Shown piece by piece: positions 44,375 to 54,586 of a DNA stretch of 64,000 nt (position 1 is its first letter; the number at the start of each line of letters is the position of its first letter). Below the pieces are notes generated by a model. It made no database searches, had not been told where the DNA came from, and saw only the letters and a list, made by a program, of their open reading frames with translations. Both the position numbers and the translations under genes were made by a program. Source of the stretch: a virus; the IMG/VR virus record IMGVR_UViG_3300025030_000046, positions 1 through 64,000 of that record, one strand, 5' to 3'.

Positions 44375-44384
44375 ATTTTTATAT

Positions 44385-45590
44385 TTACCTCAATTCCACT
44401 AAATATTGTATAGTTAATTGCTCTTCTTTATATACTATAATTTCATCATTTCTCAACATTGATCCAGCATGAGCATGTAGACAATTAGCTCCTGCACAAT
44501 TTTTTTGTAGCGATTCGTAATTAAAATTATAATATTTACTATCAAATGAATATGCGTCATATGGTTTTCCATAAGCTACATTGTATAAACTCATAAAAGC
44601 TGAATTAGAACTTCCTCCAGCCCAATATGAGCCATGCAGCGAAGTATATCCTAAACTCTTTTGTGCCGATGGTGCAAAATAAATCCCATGACCAAACATC
44701 TTACCCGTAATTACTGCTGATGGTCTTAAAACTAAGCCAGTATTAATGATTGACCACCAATTTTCATTCCTAGAACCATGCCATAATAGTTTTATATTTT
44801 TGATACTTGCATCTTTAGTAAATTTATTAAACTTTTCTTGAGTTTTTAAATTAATAACTTTCCAAGCTTGATAAAATTTATCACTACATGAGCCAAGATT
44901 TTGCTTAATTAATTGCTTTTCTTGTTGTGTAATTTCCTCAAATCTTAATCCTACAGCATCTAAAATAGTTTGGTTTATAGTTGGAGAATCTTCTTCCTCA
45001 ATATTTTCTTCAACAATAGATTGTTGTACAACTTGACCCTTCATTATATCAAGCAAATCTTGCTCTCTTTGAATTGTTTCTCCAAAGTCTTTTTTATCAG
45101 TAGCTAAATAATCTTTAACTTTTCCCATTTTACGAGGTATAATTCTAAATAATTCAATGAGAACTTTGTTAAACAATTCAATATTGTCAGTAGTAATTAG
45201 ATTATTTAGTGTGACCTGTGCTTCATCTATCATTGTTTTTGTAACTTTGTTTGATGATATTGTGTAATTATCTGCGATAGCCTGTCTTGCCATAGATTGA
45301 AGCCTTGCTACTATAGCTGATATTGACGCATTTTCAATATCCTTATACTCTTTCTTCTTTTGTTTAACAATTGTTTCTGCTACTAGCCTTGTTTGATCGA
45401 GATAGCCTTTTCTTAACTTTTCATTAAGCTTCTTATTCCATTGCGACATAGAATATTGTGCGGTTTGGTATCCTGAATTTCCAACTCTCCCAAATTGAAC
45501 TTCAAACATATCTCCGTTGGGTATCATTCTATAGTATTTATTATTGTTGGCATCCGCTTCTACCATGACTAAATACAACGAACCTTCCAT
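44385..45590 (-). CDS. WGR-domain poly(ADP-ribose) polymerase-like ADP-ribosyltransferase
   Basis: NNNKYY...FGRVG...KLRKGY (WGR-like); LLWHGS, GKMFGHGIYFA, KSLGY, NDEIIVY give the H-Y-E triad. Confidence 0.9.
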   Translation of the reverse strand: MEGSLYLVMVEADANNNKYYRMIPNGDMFEVQFGRVGNSGYQTAQYSMSQWNKKLNEKLRKGYLDQTRLVAETIVKQKKKEYKDIENASISAIVARLQSMARQAIADNYTISSNKVTKTMIDEAQVTLNNLITTDNIELFNKVLIELFRIIPRKMGKVKDYLATDKKDFGETIQREQDLLDIMKGQVVQQSIVEENIEEEDSPTINQTILDAVGLRFEEITQQEKQLIKQNLGSCSDKFYQAWKVINLKTQEKFNKFTKDASIKNIKLLWHGSRNENWWSIINTGLVLRPSAVITGKMFGHGIYFAPSAQKSLGYTSLHGSYWAGGSSNSAFMSLYNVAYGKPYDAYSFDSKYYNFNYESLQKNCAGANCLHAHAGSMLRNDEIIVYKEEQLTIQYLVELR

Positions 45591-45634
45591 ATCTTCTCCT
45601 TTCCACATAAAACATAAATTTTCTTGTAATTTTA

Positions 45635-46354
45635 TCAATTTTCCAACCATTTATTATCAAAATAATAGAACAATGCTACCAATCCTAATATAAATATTAT
45701 CCAGAATATCCAAAAAATAAAAGTACTTGAGTCTGACGTAACCAGCTTCATTGTTTTATCTATTGTCATATCTTTATAAAACATTGCTCCATCTTTACTG
45801 ATATTTCTGTCTAGCAAACAAGCAAATATAGTACCTTTTAATTCTGGCTTGCACCCATAATATTGATATCTTATGTGTGGTGATTCGTTAATTGTAGTAA
45901 TATGATCCTCGCCTTGTCTATTAAATTGAGAATAATTAAAGTTCTGTCCACAAAAAGTAACTTTTTTACCTACAAGTGATTCAGATTGAACCGTATCCCA
46001 CGTCCAGTACGTTTCTGTTCTATGATGCGTACTTTTACCGACCCTATAAGATACTTGTCTGGTGTGCATAGTGTATCGCTCTTTGTTTTTAGCAATGGAG
46101 AGGTATTTACCTGAAATTTCTGGATATGCTACTGCATCTACGGCTTTCAAATCTCCGTATATAAAGGCATTTCCAATACTTGTATCCATGCCATATTTAA
46201 ATAATTCTGCACTCTCTATTTTAGTTGCTTTATTATATTTATCATTCGCATCTATAAGATTATCTGATATCTTGCCAACAATTAGAAATCCAATTAATAA
46301 CATGATTGCAACAATAGATACGCTGGCTATAATTTCTCTTTTTGTAATCTTCAT
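45635..46354 (-). CDS. Membrane protein associated with LemA
   Basis: N- and C-terminal TM helices; adjacent to LemA. Confidence 0.65.
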   Translation of the reverse strand: MKITKREIIASVSIVAIMLLIGFLIVGKISDNLIDANDKYNKATKIESAELFKYGMDTSIGNAFIYGDLKAVDAVAYPEISGKYLSIAKNKERYTMHTRQVSYRVGKSTHHRTETYWTWDTVQSESLVGKKVTFCGQNFNYSQFNRQGEDHITTINESPHIRYQYYGCKPELKGTIFACLLDRNISKDGAMFYKDMTIDKTMKLVTSDSSTFIFWIFWIIFILGLVALFYYFDNKWLEN

Positions 46355-46355
46355 A

Positions 46356-46904
46356 TTACTTACTCTTGAAAAGATTTTGTGGAGCATCTTTAGGGGCATT
46401 ATAGTCAAGATATTTAAATTCAATTATTTCATATCCTAGTAATCCTAAGAATTGTTTATTGGGGAACTTCCTAACATACCTATTATAATTTTTAATTTGT
46501 GTATTATAGTTGCTGCGATGTTGAGCAATCATATTTTCAGTAATACTCAGTTCATTCATTAACTGTTTATAATTTTCATTTGCTTTTAGTTGTGGATACG
46601 CTTCTGCCGTTGCGGATATTAAGGTAGTAACATCTGAAATTAATTTGCCTCCTGCACTTCTACCATCAACTACGCTTTTTAATGTAGTGTACTCATGTTT
46701 GTCATACTCTTTTACTGTGTCAACTAGGTTGTAAATTAAATCAACTCTACGTTTTTCTTGTACTTTAATATCTGAATCTGCTGTTTTAATTTGCTCTTCA
46801 AGGCTAATAGCTTTGTTTTGAACTCCATTAACCATAAATATAGATAATAGAATTAGTGATATAACTCCTGCTATAATAATTGCCGTAAGTTTAAAATTTT
46901 TCAT
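46356..46904 (-). CDS. LemA-family protein
   Basis: KRRVDLIYNLV, EAYPQLKANENY, TEN.IA..R..YN, FP. Confidence 0.9.
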   Translation of the reverse strand: MKNFKLTAIIIAGVISLILLSIFMVNGVQNKAISLEEQIKTADSDIKVQEKRRVDLIYNLVDTVKEYDKHEYTTLKSVVDGRSAGGKLISDVTTLISATAEAYPQLKANENYKQLMNELSITENMIAQHRSNYNTQIKNYNRYVRKFPNKQFLGLLGYEIIEFKYLDYNAPKDAPQNLFKSK

Positions 46905-48154
46905 TATAAAATCCTCCATTATATTATTTAAATTTTAGGTAAAACAAATTTTTAACATAAATTTTCTATTTCAAATCTCCTTAATTCTTCTAGCAGTTCA
47001 CTGTCTTCAAAAAAGAATGGGTCTCTTTCTAATCCGTTTAACCAATTGCTAACAAATTGTCCGAATCTCCAGTCAGGCACTTTATTCCATACTCTCTCTC
47101 AATCTCATCCAAGAATGGCTTTATTCTGTTTGGATCTCTCATCTACTTTCTCCTTTACTTTTATATTTTAGATTATAAGCTGTATATAAACTCATAATAA
47201 GTTATTTTTAAAGGGAGGGGTAAAATAATACCCCTAAATAATTACATTTTACGAATGTCCTAATTGCTCCCAATAATCAGCGTCTATTTTTTCTTTCTGT
47301 TGAATACTAAAGCCGTTGATGTCATTGAAATTGAATACTATAACCATATAGCCATTAGCATCATTAAAATCTGTTTTATTTGCTGATAATAGAACGCATA
47401 GGGCTTCTACTGCATCCACAATTTGCTGAGTGTTAACTAACAAAGAACAATTTGTTTTAAACATTTTTTAACCTCCTTTTAATTAAACGTCATTTCAATA
47501 TGGCAGTGGTTATCACTGAGTGAAGACACCAAAACAGTTGAATTTCCAAACTTTATTCGTCTACGATCTCCGTTGACAACCTCCACTTTCTTTAATTCAT
47601 CAATCGTTCCCACAATTTTCATTAATTGTCTGGCTAATTTTCTTTCCACTACGTCTTTATCCGTCATACTTTTCACCTCCTTGAAGTAATAACTTCAATT
47701 ATTTTAAACGACCCACTTAACGTGTAATTTATATTAAAGGCTTGCGCCTATAATCTTTATTGCGACCAATTAATACCCTTTAATTTTTTCATTGTTGAAA
47801 TGTAATTTTCTATATATTTTTTATAATCATAAGGCTCTTTTGGTGGATTTATGTATACTTTAAACGGACTTTCACTCCATATTTCTTCAAATTTGCTTTT
47901 CATTTTAACCTCACTGTTTTATATTTTAGTTTATTGAATTATTTGTAAAATTTTATTTACTGCATCATCTACATTTAGTTTTCTCAGCTGTGCCTTTTTC
48001 TTCTGTATTTTTAAAGCTTTTACTTCTCCGTCAGCATATGAGGCATTAATACTATTGTTTTTCTTTAGCTTTTTAAGCCAATTTGGTTTATAAGTTAATC
48101 TTCTACTCATATATTTTCTCCTATATTGCTATTAAGCTGCTATTTATTAAATTG

Positions 48155-48264
48155 TGCGGTTGGCAGGACTCAAACCTACACGTAACTTGTAGTCAGTTGA
48201 CACATGATATTTAGTATGACACGCCTCATGCTGGCGATGCGTCTATCAATTTCGCCACAACCGC
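48155..48264 (-). ncRNA. tRNA-like RNA with about 40-nt extra region
   Basis: Acceptor GCGGTTG/CAACCGC-A, Leu-like D arm TGGCGAAATTGATAGACGC, stem-loop CGCC-AGCATGA-GGCG, T arm GTAGG-TTTGAGT-CCTGC; no CCA. Confidence 0.65.
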
Positions 48265-49099
48265 ATGAAAATAATATTTTTACTTTAATAATACCAATCT
48301 CGAAAGAAAAAATATCTCATGTCATGTTCAGATACATCTGGAAATTTTTTCACTACATACTTACAAAATATTTTATAAATTTTACTAGCTTTTATTCTAT
48401 TTCCAGTTTGTTTTTCGTCTATAATCCAATCCCTTAAATCATTTAAATTAACTTTTTTCATATTTTACTCCATAAAACTATTATTTTATACTAACATGTA
48501 TAAGGTTCGTCACAACCGTTATACCATTGATGAGCCAGTATATAAATATCTGTGGGCTTGAAATTTAGCTTATTTTTATATTGATTAATTATCTTTTTAA
48601 TATCAGCCAAACTCATATAAAATTCGGGATCATTGCCATCAGACCAATCATTACAAATAATAATATCCACATATAATTCATCATTATAATCAATAATTCT
48701 TATATTATCCTTTTCTAATATTTTATTAATTTCATACAAATCTTTACCATCTTCCATATGTACATTTAGCAAGTCTTTATTCATTATAGATAATAATTCT
48801 TTGATGTTTTGAAACTCTGTTTTTAATCTTATACAATTAGTAGTCATATAATCGCTCATAATATCATCCTTCCTTTAAAATCTGTCTTTTATCTGAAAAA
48901 TTTCCAATAACTTTTATGATAACCACATTTTTTACATGTTACAGAAACTTTATCACCTTCTCTGCTCCCACAAAAATCACTTTTTTCTACATAATATTTT
49001 TCTTCATAATTAAAATCGTGATTGCAAAAACATTCTTTAAAATAATTTATTAGCCACTTCATAACCTTCTCCTTAAAATAAGCATTTCAAATTAATTAA

Positions 49100-49316
49100 T
49101 GTGGCGAGCAGGATTTGAACCTGCACAATACTTATGGCTCTAATAATCTACACTAACGCTTTAATACGTTACGCCTGTCACCTAGGATTCTTGCCACCTC
49201 TGGACTGTGTAAACACATTCCACACCTCGATTATTAGCTGAACCACGTTTGACGACTAATTAGTCCTAGTATCACATTATTGTCTTCAGCGTGTATTTAC
49301 GTTTCACCATCGCCAC
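49100..49316 (-). ncRNA. tRNA-like RNA with about 165-nt insertion
   Basis: Acceptor GTGGCGA/TCGCCAC-A, D-arm-like TGGTGAAACGTAAATACAC, canonical T arm GCAGG-TTCAAAT-CCTGC. Confidence 0.65.
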
Positions 49317-49326
49317 ATATATAATT

Positions 49327-49466
49327 TGTAACTGGTAGGTTGGCAACCCTACATCTCTTTAAGACCATTTCTAATATATATTTTAAAATACACTATTAAA
49401 AATTCCTAACATCATTCCTGAAAATTAGTTTCTGGCGTGGCAGCCGCCCATTCTGCCCTCAGTTAC
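49327..49466 (-). ncRNA. Divergent tRNA-like RNA
   Basis: Closing stem GTAACTG/CAGTTAC (extends to 11 bp), 5' hairpin GGCAG..CTGCC, 3' hairpin GTAGG-GTTGCCAA-CCTAC in the T-arm position. Confidence 0.5.
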
Positions 49467-49477
49467 AAATATTTAAT

Positions 49478-49614
49478 TTACAAAGGTAGAACCATTTTAT
49501 ATAGCACGTTCACTTATTAGCTACTTCAACCTACTTCTATATCACTTTTGATCCAAATGCATTTGGCAGATATATATTAAGCCTTAACTCCAAACTTTTC
49601 AGCCACCTTTGTAA
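49478..49614 (-). ncRNA. Candidate structured RNA
   Basis: 12-bp terminal stem TTACAAAGGTGG/CTACCTTTGTAA; non-coding; adjacent to the tRNA-like elements. Confidence 0.35.
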
Positions 49615-49633
49615 TTAATTTAAAATTGTCCTT

Positions 49634-50071
49634 TTATTGTATCAGAGTATTTAATATCATCAGAATTCTATTAAATAAATCTCTGTCTTTGGGATTATCT
49701 CTGTCTAACAAATAATCAAATCTTCTCCCATAGCCTTCAAATAAATATATTTCTAGGTTATTATAGTTGTTAACCATATTTCTCATCGAGTCATATACAT
49801 TCTTATTCAATGCATATGCATCCATCATTGCTGTATAATTAAATAAGTCTTTTACAGTATCTTGTAAACTTTCATCTGACACTACTTCTAACGCATTTGT
49901 AAGATCCTTGCCGCTTGTTAATTGACTAATTCTTTTTAACTTATCTTCAGCTCTTACTGCATAAGCTATATCTCCCCATTTATCAAGCGATTCATTAAAA
50001 CTATTACCATACAATTGATTTTTAGCTTTAAAAACTCTGAATTGTTCTTGTACAAATGATTCTTTGCTCAT
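49634..50071 (-). CDS. DUF1599-like (nucleotide-modification-associated) protein
   Basis: KN..YGNSF...R..DKL.R...DESL.DT..DL.NY. Confidence 0.7.
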   Translation of the reverse strand: MSKESFVQEQFRVFKAKNQLYGNSFNESLDKWGDIAYAVRAEDKLKRISQLTSGKDLTNALEVVSDESLQDTVKDLFNYTAMMDAYALNKNVYDSMRNMVNNYNNLEIYLFEGYGRRFDYLLDRDNPKDRDLFNRILMILNTLIQ

Positions 50072-50086
50072 TTCGACCTCCAAATT

Positions 50087-50725
50087 TTATATTTTATTTT
50101 TAAGAATATAAACATCTAATTTTTGCACTCCAAAATCCATAGCGTCTGAATTATTTTTCATATAAACATCTATACAATTATTTTTTATTGCTCCGCCTCT
50201 ATCCTCGGCTATAAATATGCCCTCATTTGGATAGTCTTTAAAATATGGTATGTATATTTTAGTTCCAAATGGTATTCGTTTACCTGTTGCTATTGTGTGC
50301 CATTCCTTGACCTTTTCTCCCGATGCAGTAATTCCATATGCAGGACTACTAGGATATTTTTGGCAAGATTCATAAGACAAATCATAAGCAGTAACTTTCA
50401 TTTTACATTTTTCAATTACCTCAAATCTATCAAAATTACCTCTCGATGATAATTCTATTGCTCTTTCTTTTATATTTTGTTTTATTGGGATAGGTTTAAT
50501 TTCTTTTGGTTTATGTGTGTTTATAACCTTTTTAGCTTCGATATTCGGCTTAGATTTTGGTATTGGATTTATTTTTTCTATGCCGCTTTTAATGCTTTGA
50601 AAAACTAGCAACAATGCTGCTGTTAATATGAGTGCTATAATGAATGAAAATCTTTTTAAGTGACGTATTTTTATTCTGTATCTTCGATTTGTTTTGAGAG
50701 ATTTAAATATTAATTTTTTGAACAT
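50087..50725 (-). CDS. 3D-domain cell-wall hydrolase-like protein
   Basis: TM anchor; VTAY, GITASG, IPFGTKIYI, AEDRGGAIK..IDVY. Confidence 0.88.
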   Translation of the reverse strand: MFKKLIFKSLKTNRRYRIKIRHLKRFSFIIALILTAALLLVFQSIKSGIEKINPIPKSKPNIEAKKVINTHKPKEIKPIPIKQNIKERAIELSSRGNFDRFEVIEKCKMKVTAYDLSYESCQKYPSSPAYGITASGEKVKEWHTIATGKRIPFGTKIYIPYFKDYPNEGIFIAEDRGGAIKNNCIDVYMKNNSDAMDFGVQKLDVYILKNKI

Positions 50726-50752
50726 TATATATCTTCCCTCCCTTCGTTTAAT

Positions 50753-50781
50753 ATTATATACTATGTGTTTTCTGGTGTCAA
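50753..50781 (-). promoter_or_regulatory. Consensus sigmaA promoter
   Basis: TTGACA-17 bp-TATAAT, with the 21-bp AT-rich motif at 50788-50808 upstream. Confidence 0.8.
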
Positions 50782-50811
50782 CAACTATTTTATATTTTAG
50801 TTTATTGATTT

Positions 50812-51495
50812 TTATATTATTATTCTTTCAAAATCCAGTGTTTCAGTATCTATTGTCCAGCCTCTCAATTCGTTCCTTTCATGTCTACAAGCACAGTTAA
50901 ATACCAGTGTATTGCCTATTTCATCAACTCCTGCTGCTTCATGTATATGCCCACATAGCCATATTTTAGGTTGTTTTTCTTCTATTAGTTTTCTTATACT
51001 CTTACTACCAACTTCTCTACCATCATTACATTTATCTAAACATTGATATGGAGGATCATGAGCAATTACGATTGATTGATTATCTATCTGCAATTTGCTT
51101 AATTCATAAGCTATTTTATTTTCATTAGCCTCTCTATTAGTTGTAAATGGCGTAATATGTACTAACTCAAACGGTACTAAAAATTGTTTTGTATAATGGC
51201 AATTTGGTAAATATCTTAAATCATAACTATCTGCTTCCATCCAGTCGTCGTTTGATAGGATGAAGTGTGTACGATATTTATCTGACTGTAATATATTTAG
51301 TATATCATCTAAATCTTGTTTTTGTTTTTTACCAAACTCAATTAATGTTCCTCCCCAATTTTTACCACCAATATCTCCACAGATTATTAATTCATCTGTG
51401 TCTGAGTTTTCAAGAAATTTTTTAAGGTTACGTGCAATTATTTTATTGCCATGTATATCGCTCGTCGCAAAAATTTTCAATCTATTTACCTCCAT
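50812..51495 (-). CDS. Calcineurin-like metallophosphoesterase
   Basis: SDIHG, CGD, SNDD, AH.PP, GHIHE. Confidence 0.85.
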   Translation of the reverse strand: MEVNRLKIFATSDIHGNKIIARNLKKFLENSDTDELIICGDIGGKNWGGTLIEFGKKQKQDLDDILNILQSDKYRTHFILSNDDWMEADSYDLRYLPNCHYTKQFLVPFELVHITPFTTNREANENKIAYELSKLQIDNQSIVIAHDPPYQCLDKCNDGREVGSKSIRKLIEEKQPKIWLCGHIHEAAGVDEIGNTLVFNCACRHERNELRGWTIDTETLDFERIII

Positions 51496-53953
51496 TAGTT
51501 CTATACTTTGAATAAATCAGATATTTTAATTATAAATTTCTAGCTTTATTTTAACTATTTCTCCGTCCGATTTTTTATAATTTTTATAATCCGCCCACTC
51601 CAAATGCATTCTAGCCATATTCTCTTCGTTTTCATTGTAGAAATAAGCATCTTTTATATTATTTGTAAAATATATTTGATCGCCCTTCCAATACAGATAT
51701 TCTCCTTCTGGATTTTTTATTACTAACAAATTAAGCATAAAATTATTCCTTCTCTTAATAAATTTAGTCTTTTATATATTCATTTACACATCCCTTACAA
51801 GTTGAACTGCTACATTCACCACAAAAAATTCCTTGAGGATTCCATCCTACTCCACCACCATGACATCCACCTACTTCATCAGTAATATCTAATTCCTCTT
51901 CAATTTTTATGTTAACTTCAATTTCATATCCCACTATATTTATATAATGTTCAGCTACAAATGAGTCAAATTCGTTTTCATTCAAGTTATAAAACTTTAT
52001 AGCTTTATTAGTTGCATCTTCTCCATTTACTCCAACTGATATGTAAGTATAAACCATCTGTTCTTTGAAATCCATAGCCTGTATTAAATAAACACCCATT
52101 CCATTTTTAATCATTCCTACGCCTCCTTTATGTGAAAATAATACCATTCTACAAGCCGTTTTAAGCCACTTTTATTTGATAGCCTGTATGATTTAACCTG
52201 CCGAAAATAATTATAATCAATGATTTATTTCACTTCTAATTTTTTCAATTAGATCTTTAATAATAATCGCTTTTTTATAAGTTTCATTAAAAATACATAA
52301 ACTATCTCCTTGATCTTTTTCCCATTGGTCAATTAAATCTTGTGCTTGCAATAATAAAGAACTTTTTGTATCCAGATAACTAAACATATCTTCATACCCA
52401 TCTTCACAATCATCATATATAACATCCATCAAATCGATAGATATGTGCGGGCTGCCCTCTACTGCCCATAAATACTCTGGAATATCTTCTTTTGCAAGTA
52501 TTTTTTCATAAATCCATTCTTCAAGATCGTCTTGTTCTCTTAAATGTTCATCGCTGCCTAAAAGATAATACCCGTTATAATCTTTGTAGTTTATTTTTTC
52601 AGCCTTTTGATAGAGTTCATTATCTCTCTGTATTTGTTTTAATCTAAACTCATTTCGTTCCTCATTTCGTGCTTCTTCACAATAACAACAATCAGTTTTA
52701 TTGCCCTGTCCACAATATTTACATGTGTACAAAACTCCGTTATAACAATGATTACAAGACTGGATGTATCCTTTCCCATCGTTTTCAACATAGATAAAAT
52801 GCAAACCCTTACATTCTGGGCAAAGCGTTGTATCTTCTTTTAAATCAATAATGACTCTTTCCTGCAATTGGGAATATAATTCTTTTGTTGTTAATCTATC
52901 CATAATTTATCTCCTTCATTGAAAATAATATTTTAATTAATTTCTACAAGAGTATATCTATATGATTCTATTATAATTATACCCTCAGAACTTTCACTTT
53001 CGATTTCTTTTACAATTTTATATTTTGCTCCTTCAATTAGAAGTATGTCTCCTACGTTTACAAAGTACGTTTCATCCATCTTGTGTTCTCCTTTCGTTAA
53101 TGTAATGTTTTAAAGTAATTTTCTTTTCACAGCTTCTTCTTTTAATAGTTTATATATTTTTTTATCATTCAACCATTCTTCGTCAGATATATTCATCATT
53201 TCAGCCAACCCTTGTTTATAGGCTAATCCCGCCATGTCACCTCTAGGCTCTGGACACGATATATAGTACATTTCTTCTTGCACTCTAATTTCATCTGCAT
53301 ATGTAATTGCCCTATCTTTTATATATTTGATTGTATTAAGCAAATGTTTATCTTCAAACTCTTCAGGATACAATTTTCTACCATCCAAAGTATTCCAATG
53401 ATCCTTATCAAGAAAACTTAATTCCATTTTATAGCTCCTTTCTATGAAAGAAATATTTCATTTCATTTTATTTTTCTTCCACACTCAGAACAATATTTTT
53501 TGTCATATGTTAATACTGAGTATTTTTGAACTACTTCGCAATGATTAACGTGACATGCGGCATCTTTTTCCTTGGGACAATTTTCTGTTTTGCATGGATA
53601 ATGACATAAACATGGATTTTCATTTACAATTATTTCTTCCTTTTCTTTTAATGGTTTTAAATCACAAGGATTAAAATTAAATGTCTTCTGAATATATCCA
53701 TCTTCATATTTTCTAGGCTTATCAAATTCTACAGTTATTCCTAAATATTCTCCTGAATTTTTAATAACCTTTCCAGCTTCACCATAAAAGAATGTAAAAT
53801 CTACACATGGAGTCATTACTTGCACAGGCATATTAACTTGAAAATCATTAAATTTATAATTTGTTTTTGTTTCTTCATATATCTCATGAATTGTTTTACT
53901 CATAAACACTCCTATAAAATTACTATTTCATCGTGTTTTTAGTTTCTGAACGT

Positions 53954-54586
53954 CTACTCTCCCAAGGGTTTCAAAATTAAAAGTTCTGATAATTCGTCGC
54001 AACTCTCAATTACCACCTTAATAGTCTCAATATTCAACAATCTACATATTAAGTAGTTTATATATCCATCTTGTAACACATTATCTTTATTAATAATAAT
54101 GTTCTTATCAAACTTACTATTACCTTTGTAATATTCTATCTTGCTTTGAATTTTATCTAATGAAGGGCGTGTATTCCTAAAACAATCTTTAATAATTATA
54201 TCTTCTATTTTAATAAATACCTTTTCTTTGTTAAATTCTTCACATTTAATTTTAGCTTCTTCTTTAGTTGAAAACAAATTATCTTCCGCTCTACTTAAAG
54301 TGACATAATTACAACGACCTTTATATCTTACTGAAATATCCCCACTACTATCAATACTTACTTTTGTTGATGTAATAATAAATGGATCATCACAGACAAC
54401 GCTAATATTTTTATTTGACTTAATTTTACCGACTCCCATACACTCAGGACACTTCATGTCTTTATTATTATATTTTATTTTTCCGTTACCTTCACATACG
54501 TGACAAGTTATTTCAACTCTTTCTTGTTTTGTTGTATAGATTGTGTCGCCTTTTTGAAATTTTACTGGTATCGCTAATATCTTCAT
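53954..54586 (-). CDS. Zinc-finger protein with possible ParB-like C-terminal region
   Basis: CHVCEG.G...CPECMG.G; L.DGY..Y. Confidence 0.5.
   Translation of the reverse strand: MKILAIPVKFQKGDTIYTTKQERVEITCHVCEGNGKIKYNNKDMKCPECMGVGKIKSNKNISVVCDDPFIITSTKVSIDSSGDISVRYKGRCNYVTLSRAEDNLFSTKEEAKIKCEEFNKEKVFIKIEDIIIKDCFRNTRPSLDKIQSKIEYYKGNSKFDKNIIINKDNVLQDGYINYLICRLLNIETIKVVIESCDELSELLILKPLGE

Noticed and set aside
49100-49316. tmRNA, or tRNA with a group I intron
   Set aside because: No G3:U70 alanine identity, shorter than a typical tmRNA, no evident tag ORF, and no recognisable group I core.
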